A stretch of 42,180 bases of DNA from Paraglomus brasilianum (Eukaryota). The notes beneath the pieces were generated by a model that had not been told where the DNA came from, ran no database searches, and was given only the letters and a program-made list of their open reading frames with translations. Of this stretch, positions 22,413 through 33,500 are shown one piece after another. Where the stretch lies: NCBI GenBank assembly GCA_910592345.1, contig CAJVPI010000213.1, forward strand, positions 1-42,180. Reading direction: 5' to 3'. The position numbers were made by a program, and so were the translations under genes. The first letter of the stretch is position 1. Each line of letters opens with the position of its first letter.

Positions 22413-24834
22413 TCACAGTTCTGTAGTGTTTTGAGCCGATAAATCTTCTTCCTCCATTAGTTTGATTACATTTTTCACAATTTCCTTTAAAGATGTTTAC
22501 AAATAAATGAATGAAGACAAATTATAAACCACCTAAATGACACTAACCTTTGCTTTCCATACCAAGCTTATTATTAGAAGTACTTTCGCACCGAATTCAG
22601 AAACTTGAGTTGGTATCTCAAAAAGCCGTGTTCGTGACAACCTATAGACATGCCCCGCTGGTAAATCTACCCTTATCAGTGATATCCTCAAACCTAAAAT
22701 AATAAAATCGAGTTATACAAATCAAGAAATAACAAACATAAAAGCTTATATACATACCCGCGATGATAAACCCGATTGTTTCCAATTTTCTAATTTTACA
22801 CTCCTGCATTTCCACAGCCTCACAAAGATCGTTGAGCATGTCTCGAAGCATTTTTGGCATTTTCAAACCTCCTTCTTTAATGATCTTTGTACCATTTTTG
22901 CCGTCAAAGTTTTTTCCAGCTTCACTACACCCGTATTCCAAATGCCCTTTTCGGATTATTAGATCTCCACGCCGACCCATTGCCTTTCTTTTAAGTGGAC
23001 TTGTTGATGGGACTGTCCGTTGTGAATTTTTTCGATTTGACGAAGCATAACTACATGATTCACCTCTGCAAAAAAATAGTGAGAAAAGATAACCACAATT
23101 ATAATAGTAAACCAATTTTAAACCTACCTAGTGATTTCCATGCCATCTATGTCTAAGAAGGCTTTATCAATAAATGTCCATATATGTAACATGATCCATG
23201 CTTCAAGATGATCCTTTGTAAGATGATTCGCTTCATACTCAAGCACGCTATTATAAAATAGCAACTCCCTTAACAGTCATGTCACGACACAATCAAAATA
23301 ACGTTTACTTACAGATTATATATAGTATTTCGTATCTAGTCATAATCGAAATTTTTTGATCGGTCAAATGGTTGATCATGTAAACTAGGATGAAAGATTA
23401 ATTCGCGCAAGTCGGAAATTTTGGACTATTTTGTACAGTACATTGTCTTAGTGAGTTATATAATGTGTGTAGAACAATTGCAAGCTCACCTTTCGGAAGC
23501 CATTAAGATACTTCAAAAGATCGGCTGGTATTAATGGTGATTTTTTCTTGTCGAAAATTTTAATTTCTTTTAATTCTTCAAATGTGAAGATGCCTTGTTG
23601 TATGTAGTTCTCGTCATACGGGTCGATTAAGAAAGAATGGCAGAGGCTTTCAAAGAAAAATAAGAACAAATTGCCATTAAATTGTAAAAAGAAGTACAAG
23701 TAAATACTCACTGTTCGTGTGAACATTTCATTCCAAATGCATATAGTGCATCTTTGACGACTTTTCCAGTTGACAAAGTCCATTTACTTTCTTGTGGAAT
23801 TTTTTGATATTTATCCGTGAATTGTTGATATGCCAATGATGTCAGTTGTAGAGGGTTTTCGGGAATGTTACCGCTGTCAACTCCCTCGACATTCACGTTT
23901 TCTTCATCAGGCTTTAACTGTATACATTCGAAATGTGAGGAAAGGCGAAAAGGAATTTAATTTTTCGGGACTATTTGCAAGTATTTAGTGCTAACCTTCT
24001 TAGCCCTCGCAGGGGGAATTAAATCTGAATCTAAAGTGCTATCACGTTTATCGCCCGAAGACGTCGCATCCTCTTTGTATGGTAAGCGCAGTCGTTTCCC
24101 ATAAAATTTACCTGCTGCACCAAACGTCTGAAGGGTTTCCTTATCGTAGATACTTTGAGTTTCACTCTAATATTAATTATAAAATGTTTCTTTCAGGAAA
24201 AACGTAATAGTAAATTATAAGCTAACGCTGATACTGTATTACCTGTAGTCTTTCAATGATCACTTTCTGCCAAAAAAAAGACAAGTTGAAGTTGGTATGC
24301 TCCAGCACCTTGTTAAATAGAGTAGATAATTAATTGTTCAACCACCCCAACAAACCAAACTGAAACAAAACAAACTGAAACAAAACAAAGCGGTTCGCAA
24401 TGGTGGGACCAGAAAACTTCTGATGCTCCAAGCGCAGGTAACACCTGTCAAGGAGTTGCCTCACACCATCACTCGGATCAGAAAACTTCTGATAATCCAA
24501 GCGCAGGTAACACCTGTCAAGGAGACTCCTTTCTGCCGAACTAAACGAAAAAAAAAAATCACCTTTCTTCTTATATCGTCAGCTGACTCTGAGCTCATTT
24601 CTTCTACAGCTAGCAGGAAACGTTTGGTCCACGCGCCGTCAAGGCCTTTCTGATTGTCCAAATGCGGTAGTGCTTGCACAATAAGGGTACGGTTTAAGGT
24701 TAAGAAATCTATATACGACCAAAGACTAGGGTCACGTTCTTCCAAATAATCTACAAGAACTAAAAGCGAAGTGATTAATAACAAGTCCTTTTCTAGTCTT
24801 TATTACAATACTTGCCTGTTCGGCCAGGATACAT
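22413..24834 (-). pseudogene. Multi-exon (about 11) gene of a Glomeromycota/Mucoromycota expanded family with a C-terminal PD-(D/E)xK-like domain; premature stop
   Basis: Spliced product MYPGRTDYLEERDPSLWSY...FWQKV...KWTLSTGKVVKDALY..G..C.HE.LCHSFLID...FDYD*IRNT (TAG at 23336-23338, where Trp is expected)...RGESCSYASSNRKN...MGRRGDLI...EYGCSEAGK...GTKIIKEGGLKMPKMLRDML...ETIGF...DLPAGHVYR. Probable frameshift in the last exon. First intron has a GC donor (24815). Confidence 0.75.
24410..24524. repeat. Two 46-bp direct repeats (period 69) inside an intron
   Basis: cagaaaacttctgat(gc/aa)tccaagcgcaggtaacacctgtcaaggag at 24410 and 24479. Adjacent 15-bp tandem aaactgaaacaaaac x2 near 24357. Confidence 0.9.
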
Positions 24835-24944
24835 TTCGGAGGACGCGTTATAACTGATTAACAATACATGTACATTACCCAGTAAGTCGTGCAAGGTTGC
24901 ATATGGTCATGTGATTAAGATTATATTATTAGAAATGCCAAGTA

Positions 24945-25057
24945 CACAATGATTTTGGTACTGTTTTGAAGCTAATTGACTGTATTTAAAAGAATGATGA
25001 TGGCACTTACAGCTTTGATACAATCAATTAGCTTCAAACAGTACCAAAATCATTGTG
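24945..25057. repeat. Long inverted repeat (about 40-bp arms), foldback/MITE-like
   Basis: cacaatgattttggtactgttttgaagctaattgactgtat versus atacaatcaattagcttcaaacagtaccaaaatcattgtg (1 indel, 1 mismatch). Confidence 0.85.
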
Positions 25058-27052
25058 GGTTGCATAGTACGTATGGACAATAGAGATTTTCGAAATAAAG
25101 AGTTTTCATATGTTTTACTAGTAAATTTTCGTCTTGTACTTATAAATTTTAATGGGGGGAACGAGTTATGGATGCTTTGATTGTTAACAGTAGATACTCT
25201 ATAGAAAGTATGAATTTCTCATTAAACTAGTTAATACTAATAAAGAACAATAGTTGAAGGTTTTATAGCATTATTATGCTTTCAGACCTTTTTTCCTAAT
25301 GTTCTGTAATTAAATCTAGAAATTTCTAGAAGAATATCAGCATGGAAATCTCTCGAACATAGGTAAACGCTTCACATTAGCCCAGCATGATGCATAAACT
25401 TGTCTCCACCTAGCCCAATAGTACGTCTGGCGGGTGATGGGTACGTCCTGCAACTAAGCGATATGATACCTGTTGCATCAATAAGTGTGGGATTGTTAAA
25501 TAAAGAATAGAGCAATCCACTGGCGATGAACTAGCAACTAAGGAGCATCGCGTGAAAGAAAAATAACCTTGTATTGTAGTCTGTAGTCATTTATTATTAT
25601 CACAGGCAACGACATGGTCTGCTATTGAGCCGAATTTCGTTTCAGTTGAGGTCACATAATTTTTCAGGAAAATATTAATTTCACTATTTATATTTTTAGA
25701 CCAAGACTGAAGTTTTTATTGTTGCTATTTGAGTTACTTGCCAAGAATATCGTACTGGCAATATTTCTTTCACGTTCAATGAGAAAAGAGAATCCTTAAT
25801 CGATCCAAATTGTGAATACATCTAATGGTGGTTATATTATTATGATTAAAATTTTATGGTACTAAATGTGTGGTGGTACTGTAGACATGAGCCACAGCTG
25901 TGCCACTAAATCAAAACTTTATTACATCAGATTATAAGCCGGGGGGGGGGAGGGGGGATTGCTCCGTATGTTTTTAAAGTGTATGGTCCCAGGAATATCT
26001 AGAAAATTATTTATCAAAAAGAACAAAAATTAACGCCATGGGAGAGCAACCCAGATAACAAAAGATCATTCCTTGCAGTAGTAGTGGTGGACTGCTTGAG
26101 TGCGTCAACAATGATTCGATTTTTGTAAGCACAATTTTATCATTTTTACTATCAAATATGCGATTGCAAAATTGAGGGTCACAACCTTTCATTATCTTCT
26201 CTGTCTATAGACACTCATCGTTTAATCAATCTCGCTGGTATTTTTCCGTAGCTAGACCCTTCTTTTACGTGAATTTCAATAGCCATTTGTTAAACGAAAA
26301 GTTCTTCCCACAAGTTTTCGATGGTCACGTTTGCTTACCTATTTTTTTTCTTGGGTTCCATCAATATTGAATTGATTATTTTGTCAATTTTCTGATTCAT
26401 AATAATACACAGAGTTGATTTTACAATAAAGGGAAGACCCAAGGAGAATTCCGATCAACAACCCAAGAATTTTAAAATGGTGTAAGTCTGTTGGATAAAG
26501 TTCGCAAAGCTTTCTCTTTTTTTTGTGTGTGTAAAAAAATAGCTCAATTTTCTGTCGTTTTTATAGCAAAACCTTGTATTCGCAAATTTTGCGGAAAAAA
26601 AGATTTTACAACCCGCATTAATATTAATTGACTTATATGAGAACACACGCGGCGTATGGCAGTGAGTGCTTTTTGTCATTTACTGGGTACAGATTGATTA
26701 TACTAAATTTACAGTCATGAATCAAGTCCTCACAAGAAGAAAAAGGATGGAATGATAGTAGATGCTAGGAATATGACCTCAAATTCTTGAGCTTGTATGT
26801 TTGTTGCCTTGGAAAAATACATAATTCAACTTGGTTAGAAATCTGTCTGTCTGTCTAGTTACGTTATAAATGATTGACCTGGGCAGATATTTACCAGAGA
26901 AGCCATCTGTCTTTACGTCTAGGATTTGGAAAATCAGATGATGGTCGAGAGAGAGAATCAGTGTCTGACTACGTCGGATTCTAAGAATGATAATCATTCG
27001 GTAATAGTGTCAATATAAAAAACCGTTAGTGGACAATGAGGAAAATCAAATC

Positions 27053-27130
<78 letters not shown>
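27053..27130. repeat. (ATA)26 microsatellite
   Basis: Read directly; it generates the spurious poly-Ile ORF 27029..27718. Confidence 0.97.
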
Positions 27131-27132
<2 letters not shown>

Positions 27133-27138
27133 GACACG

Positions 27139-28816
27139 TCACCAAGAACGATGGTTTGACCGGTTTTCGTTTGACCGATTTTCGTTTGACCGATTTTCGT
27201 TGGATCGATTTTCGTTGGATCGATTTTCTGTTATACGCATTCGTTCTACTTCAGCCAATCGAGCCTCTTCTGCTTTCGCTATCGCTTTCACAGCTAATCG
27301 CGTGCTGCAAAGAAACGTAAGCTTAATAAAACATAGTATAATATCAACATTGAAATTGATCACGACCAATACCTTCGACGACTATTTGCAAGAGCTTCTT
27401 GACGTCTCTTTTCCTTCTCTTTTGCCTTATGCAAATCAAGACTGTAAGTATCGAATCGATAATAAACACGGTTCACATGTCTGTTGGTTAATTGATACTA
27501 TTCTACCTCGAGATAATCAAGGACTTCGGGTAAAATCTCTTCATTTAGAGTACGGTAAAGTTCCTTCTCTGCCTTTCCTCTTGATTTTACCCACTGACGT
27601 GGAAATTCTCGCCATTCTTGCAATGTCACGCATACCTGCAGGCAGATCATATAAACGAATAAAAGTAGAAAACATTATGCCAGCAATATTAGCATTGGTC
27701 GTAGTGATAAGAAATTGATAAAATTTGAATACTAACTGTCTCCCAACCAGTTGATTCGGTGGTCGCTTGTGCCTCTTCTTCAACTTTTGGTTTACTTTTC
27801 TTGTCGTTCTTTTTGCCGCGTCCCGCTTTACCATTTGCAGTTGCCTTTGTTGACCTCTTGGATGGTTGTGGCAGCTCGCGATATAGGCGGTTATCTAGAA
27901 TTAACGTCGAGAGAATAAACAACAAACCTCGATTCGACGAGTAATCCAACATCAAGTCAAAATTCATCAATTACCTTTGAATACCCAGTATTTGTTTCCC
28001 TTGGCGTCTTGTCCAACGGGTTCTGATCTCTATGTGAAATAATACATCGGATTAATTAATTGCTTTACGAAAAAAGGTTAACTTGACAAATCGAGTAATG
28101 TACCCAAGAAGACACATCGTCAGGATTTTTTAGACGACTACGAAACTGTTTTGGGTCGCGCCATTGCCAATCTGTGAGGTCTTTTAGTATCGCTAACTGT
28201 TGAATTTATAATGATTAGTAAACCATATCAATTTGGTACGAATTGTAAACAGCGCAGCCTACCTGCGTGGAGAGTGAAAGATCACTAAGATGTTGCGGGG
28301 GCTCACTGTCGGGCCATGGATTTTTGTGTGGGGCATGTTTAACATATTCGGCTCGCAAATAGCGAGTTAGGTTATCGATTCTGAAACAGTTCAATATGAA
28401 ATGAGTATGTTTACCCGTAAGAAGCTGAACCAAAACGCGCGACAGAGTCAGAGATTAGGGGGCAAGCAGTCGCAACCAAAGATGGGCAAAAGTTTTACTT
28501 ACGAAATTTTCGTGTTTCCGGTTAGCTTTATCAATAGTCGACAACACAAGTGAGCAACTTCGATCTTGTTTCCCTTCACCAACTGCTCTTCAAATTGCTG
28601 AGAAAAAAGACCAGCTTATATAACACAGACGTTTTTTACAGATAATTAAGACTTTTAAACTACAGCGTCGCTTACATCCGTGTCCCATTCTTTCATTTGC
28701 AGGGCACTATGGAAAAGGTGGAAGAACTGAGAAATAGCAGCAAATTGCCAGTTGGTTCGTAGTTCTACGAGTAGCTGCTGTTGGACTTCGGGAGGTGGTG
28801 TCGGAATAGACTCCAT
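27139..28816 (-). CDS. DDT + WHIM-motif protein (RSF1/CECR2/Ioc3-like ISWI accessory subunit), about 335 aa, 9 exons
   Basis: Exons 28816-28676, 28597-28503, 28380-28263, 28196-28104, 28029-27975, 27894-27737, 27635-27507, 27425-27373, 27304-27139. DDT-like LRTNWQFAAISQFFHLF; WHIM1-like LAILKDLTDWQ; WHIM2 WRSEPVGQDAKGNKYWVFKDNRLYRE; WHIM3 GWETVCVTLQEW; RRSTRL; C-terminal (ENRSN)5. Confidence 0.82.
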
Positions 28817-30558
28817 TGGGTATTATTATGTCAGTCTTTTCAGGTATTAACAAATCAAAGAAGAATTCTCGTGTGGAGAGAGAGTTGTATGCGGGAAACC
28901 GTGTCGATCAATGAATGAACTGTAGTTGTCAAAAGTGAAATTTTCAGGGGATGTTTATTCCAATTTTCTGTGATACAAACTTTTGAAGCTCCGTTCCATA
29001 TGCCCGGAACCATGCAATCCGTGTAGTTATGAGATAAGATAAATATTGTAGTACATTGATTATGGCATAGTAATAGTGTAGTGTTACTGTCTGCCCGTTA
29101 GACAAGATAATCTTCAAATACCTGCTATTGTTTGAATTCTAAGCTTAAATATGCAATATTGCATCATCGGTTGATTTAGACCCGTTCAAGTTAATAATGG
29201 GGCGTATTAATATATGGGAACGAGCTAGTCTGGAGCAACAGTCTCGTGACTAGCACGATCTGTATTTAATTGGGGGAAATGTCTGTCTTTTACCTTCGCT
29301 CAGTTAAGCAAGTTTTACATAATAGGCTTCGGTGTTGTCGATTGTCCAATTCAAAGCGCTGTGCATTAACTATTTGATTTTTCATATTGAAACTTGTGTT
29401 TTTACCAGACAGCCGACTGAGAAGTATGTCCACTGTCAAAAATAGGTTGGATATCATAATGCTACGCGTACTGTTACGCGTACTGTTATAATATACTTAT
29501 CTTTTTACGCGTTGCAATTGTCCAATAACCTTCGATGCTTATATGTACTGTATATGCAGTGACAGTACAAATAATTAATTCTACCTTTAAATTACGTTAA
29601 TAAACCTGTTCACGCTGTCACAAAAATATTTTTCGCTTGTCTTATTGAACGTGAACGAAGTGATAGATACAAGGGGGTTGTAAAAAATCTTCTTCTACAT
29701 TACGTTTATCAATCGTCTCCTTGATCTAATATTAAGAGTTAACAAAGAAAACAATGTCGCTTCGGTAGCAACAATTAAATGATACTGTACACAGTTGGGA
29801 ACCCTCATATGTGAAAGTACTGATAACTGAATGCGATCATGAACGTGTCTATCGTATCTGGTATAGAGTTTGTCAATGTATCTCTTTAAAGGGCATTTTG
29901 CACGTGCTAAAATCCTATAATTCGATAATCTTTACTGTTTTTATCACACTAGCAACTATTCTTGGTAAAATCACAGGACGGTTTCAGTTTCTTGATGGCC
30001 CAAGCTGATACATAAAAATAACTTTTACTGGTCACCCAGGTACACGTGTATATTGATGTACAGTACATATGGACATTTGTTTAAATTGCTCTAATTTTAC
30101 AACGAGCAAACCGATTAGAATATATAACATTTTAAAGCTTGAAAGCAACATGATCTTTTTGTAATAATTCCCAACGTATTAACTCTCAGCGATTAAACTT
30201 ATAATAATAATTACGGCGCCTTTCCTGATGGGGTGTCTTACAGAATACATTTATTCATATTACAATTGCAGCGCACACATTCACACTATATCCGTAAAAG
30301 CACTTCTATATTTTTTATTGTTTACAAACTGGTGCAGTGCGGAATAACAGTCCGCAAAAAGTGCAAGTATTTTCGCGATTGTCTGGGAGTTATAAGTGTT
30401 CAACGGTTGATGGTCGGTTGGTTAAACTAGATATTTCATACAAACTAACCAAAAAAAAGTTTGAAAATATATAAAGCACAAAAATAATACACAAAGCAGA
30501 TAATAGTAAGGGGTAATAAAAATTAATTCACAGTAAGAAAGATAAATACAAAAGAATA

Positions 30559-33500
30559 CTAGCGTACAAATGGGATAGAAGGAAATTGGAACCACGCAAG
30601 AGCAAGCATTGCTGTGAATGAAAAATGTGAAAAATATTAGAGTTTAAAATTCACCAGAAGCATCCATCTAGCAGGTAATTCATCGCACACATTCTCAATA
30701 ACTTACCAAACAGCATAGGCACCCAGAACAGAAACAGCATCCGGTCTTTCTTCAACCTTATAATTTTTTCTCTGTACCTTCCGAGAGCAGCCTCATCCAC
30801 ACGTGGCATTCCATATACATGTCCAACTAACCTCTTGGATCTCTTTATAGTAGCTGGCGTAGCATTCGAAGTACCCTCTCCCGGCTGGTGTGGATACATA
30901 GGAACGTGTTGCTGTCCTTCCGAGTTATACCATAATGGCCACGTATACCCAAACACATTACCGCCAAACATGTTACCGCCAAACATGTTACCTCCAAACA
31001 TGTTACCGCCAAACATATTACCGCCAAACATGTTACCTCCAAACATGTTACCCCCTTCTTTCTTATCTCCATCACTTCCATCCGATTGTTTCCTAGTAAA
31101 TTTGAAATAATGTTCCCAAGCGTTATTAACAGATGTTACTTGCTCAATAGATGGATCCGAGGATGGTCCATTTGTTCTATCCTCGCGACTGAAATTAGCA
31201 AATGGCGACGACGCTATCATCGCAGGGAAAGCTGCCATCACTGCCGGGAATGCAGGCATCTCAAACATGTGCAAAGACGGTATGCTCGGCATAGACGGCC
31301 TGGGAATCGACATTTTTGAAGTAAACGTCATAGTCGAGAACTTTGGTGATGTGAATTTGGGAGATGAGAAATTTTGTAGATTGGGCATCTGCAAATTAGG
31401 CATTTTGATGTTTGGCAGCGGAATATTCAATTGTGGCGGTTTGCTGATATTTGGCATATGCATGTGAGCAAAAGTTTTTTGAAGCCAGATGGTCGATGCT
31501 GACGCAAGGTCATTGGCAAAGTCGGTCAGCGGTTGCTTGGACTTTTTGTCGTCTACTACTGGTTCGGCATCGACAATTTCATCCGTGCCAAGAATATTCT
31601 CTGCCGATAGACTGTTTTCTGTGGGAGTTTTGGGATCAACCCATGTAATTGGAACGCTTGGAATATCTTTGCCTTTCATATCACTATCAAAAGCTGCCAT
31701 CTTCTCAGTTTCTCGCATAATATCCGCTTTATGTATAGCCATTTCTATACTATTTCTCTCTGATATATCTCTCTCATTCGAAACATCCGAGTCACTCATA
31801 CCGCTCTGTTCATCTTCACCCTCGCTCTCTTCAATCTCTATCTCACTGTCAAAATCAGGCCAACTGTCGTCTGACTCGACAAAAGAAGCATCTTCTTCAG
31901 ACGATGACGGAGAAAGAGAAACACCAGAATCGTGTTGTTGTTCAAAGAGGAGGTTAACTATTTCCTCATAACCACGAGAAGCAGCTAGGTCCAATGCACG
32001 TTGGTCGTACACGTTACGGATATCATCACGTGCCCCAGCTGATAGTAATTACGAAATGTGAGAAGACAGTGACAGGAACAGCACAATACAAGTATTAAGG
32101 GAGACAAACCTGCTACAAGTAATCTAACAATATCGGTTCTTCCAGTCCAGGAGGCATAGTGAAGCGCTGAAATTGAAAATTTAGTTGTCAACATGACAAA
32201 CTTTACATTTCCAATTCTTTTCCCCTTTTCTCTCTCTATCATTAACAAACGTACCAGTAAATCCATAATTATCCTGTGTTTCCCAATTAATCTCTCGTTC
32301 AATCAACACATTACACAAATCTGCGAATCCTAGCATAGCCGCCAAGTGCAACATTGTATGTTTCGTACTATTTTGTAGTGAAATGCAATCCTCAAATTCG
32401 GTCTCGACGTCCAACAAACCAATCGTTTTAATAATGTGTTCCTCTAGATTATTGGACATTGAAGCATTTCGAACGATTGCTGATATTGTGGAGTTCATGG
32501 AGTGAGTGGTGCCTGATGGAGATGCAGATGGCGAATGGGATGAGTTGGTGGAAGTGTCACCAATGATGCGCATGGCAATGTTGCGTGCATCGTCGAGCTT
32601 CCCGGTCATTTTCATTCCGACTACTTGTAGGGCTAGTTCCATCAGGGCTCTATCAGAATCTACAAGTTTGTTAAAGGTTTTCATTGCCAAAAAGTATATG
32701 TTAGAAAAAAATTCTGCCCCCACCCCCTCTTCCAATACAGAGTTTTCATACCATCATTATATGTGAACACCACAACTTCTGAATTCTGACTGTCCATCAG
32801 ATTTATCGGGAATTCTTTGAAAGATACGATAACTGGACCCGGCGCCGGAGATGGAGGTAAAAGACAGACTAAAGTATTAGAAGACCAGAATTGTGTCGGG
32901 ATGGCAGGTGTGTCACCAAATACGCATGTCAAGCCATCTGCGAAAAAATGGGGAAGGTTAGGACATCAGAAACAAAACAAATGGGAATTTATGAGAAGAA
33001 GAAAAAGATTGATATTAGTGTCTAGCATTAAACTTTTGAAATTTGAATTGGCAGCTTGAGCTGATTTATTATTGTATGTATCTTTACATATTATGTGGTC
33101 GGTTTCCAATTTGTTATCAAATCGGTTCAAACCCTCCGTAATCTAAATACTCACTATAAAAATTATTTCCAAGAACGGTGACCTCTATGCCACCATAAAT
33201 TGGTCCCTCGCTCGGAATCAATCTACTGATCCTGGAAACGGGTCCGAACCCCACGTTCGGATTTTGGAACATGGTGTTTCCGTAGACGCTCTGTGGCATT
33301 ATGCCTGGATTATTCGGTATGTGGTGTTGGAGATTGAGTGAAAGTTGAGTTGGAGAGGGAGAGAGTGGAAACGCGGTTGGTGTTAAAGGAGAGGATATGG
33401 ATTGATGTAGAGTGAGCGGATAGAGGTTGTTTATGCCTTGAGACTGTAATGTGGCTGGAATGAGATGGAAAGTGAGATGAGAAGATTAACTGAACAGAAA

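Noticed and set aside
25941..25957. G-run as a functional G-quadruplex
   Set aside because: Homopolymer with no further support; a similar run lies in a GEMIN6 intron as the polypyrimidine tract.
27029..27718. 229-aa plus-strand ORF with poly-Ile and RFSFD repeats
   Set aside because: Product of the (ATA)n tract and the antisense of the DDT gene exons.
30835..32766. Plus-strand ORFs (PPNML repeats, Ser-rich 160 aa, etc.)
   Set aside because: Antisense shadows of Mga2.
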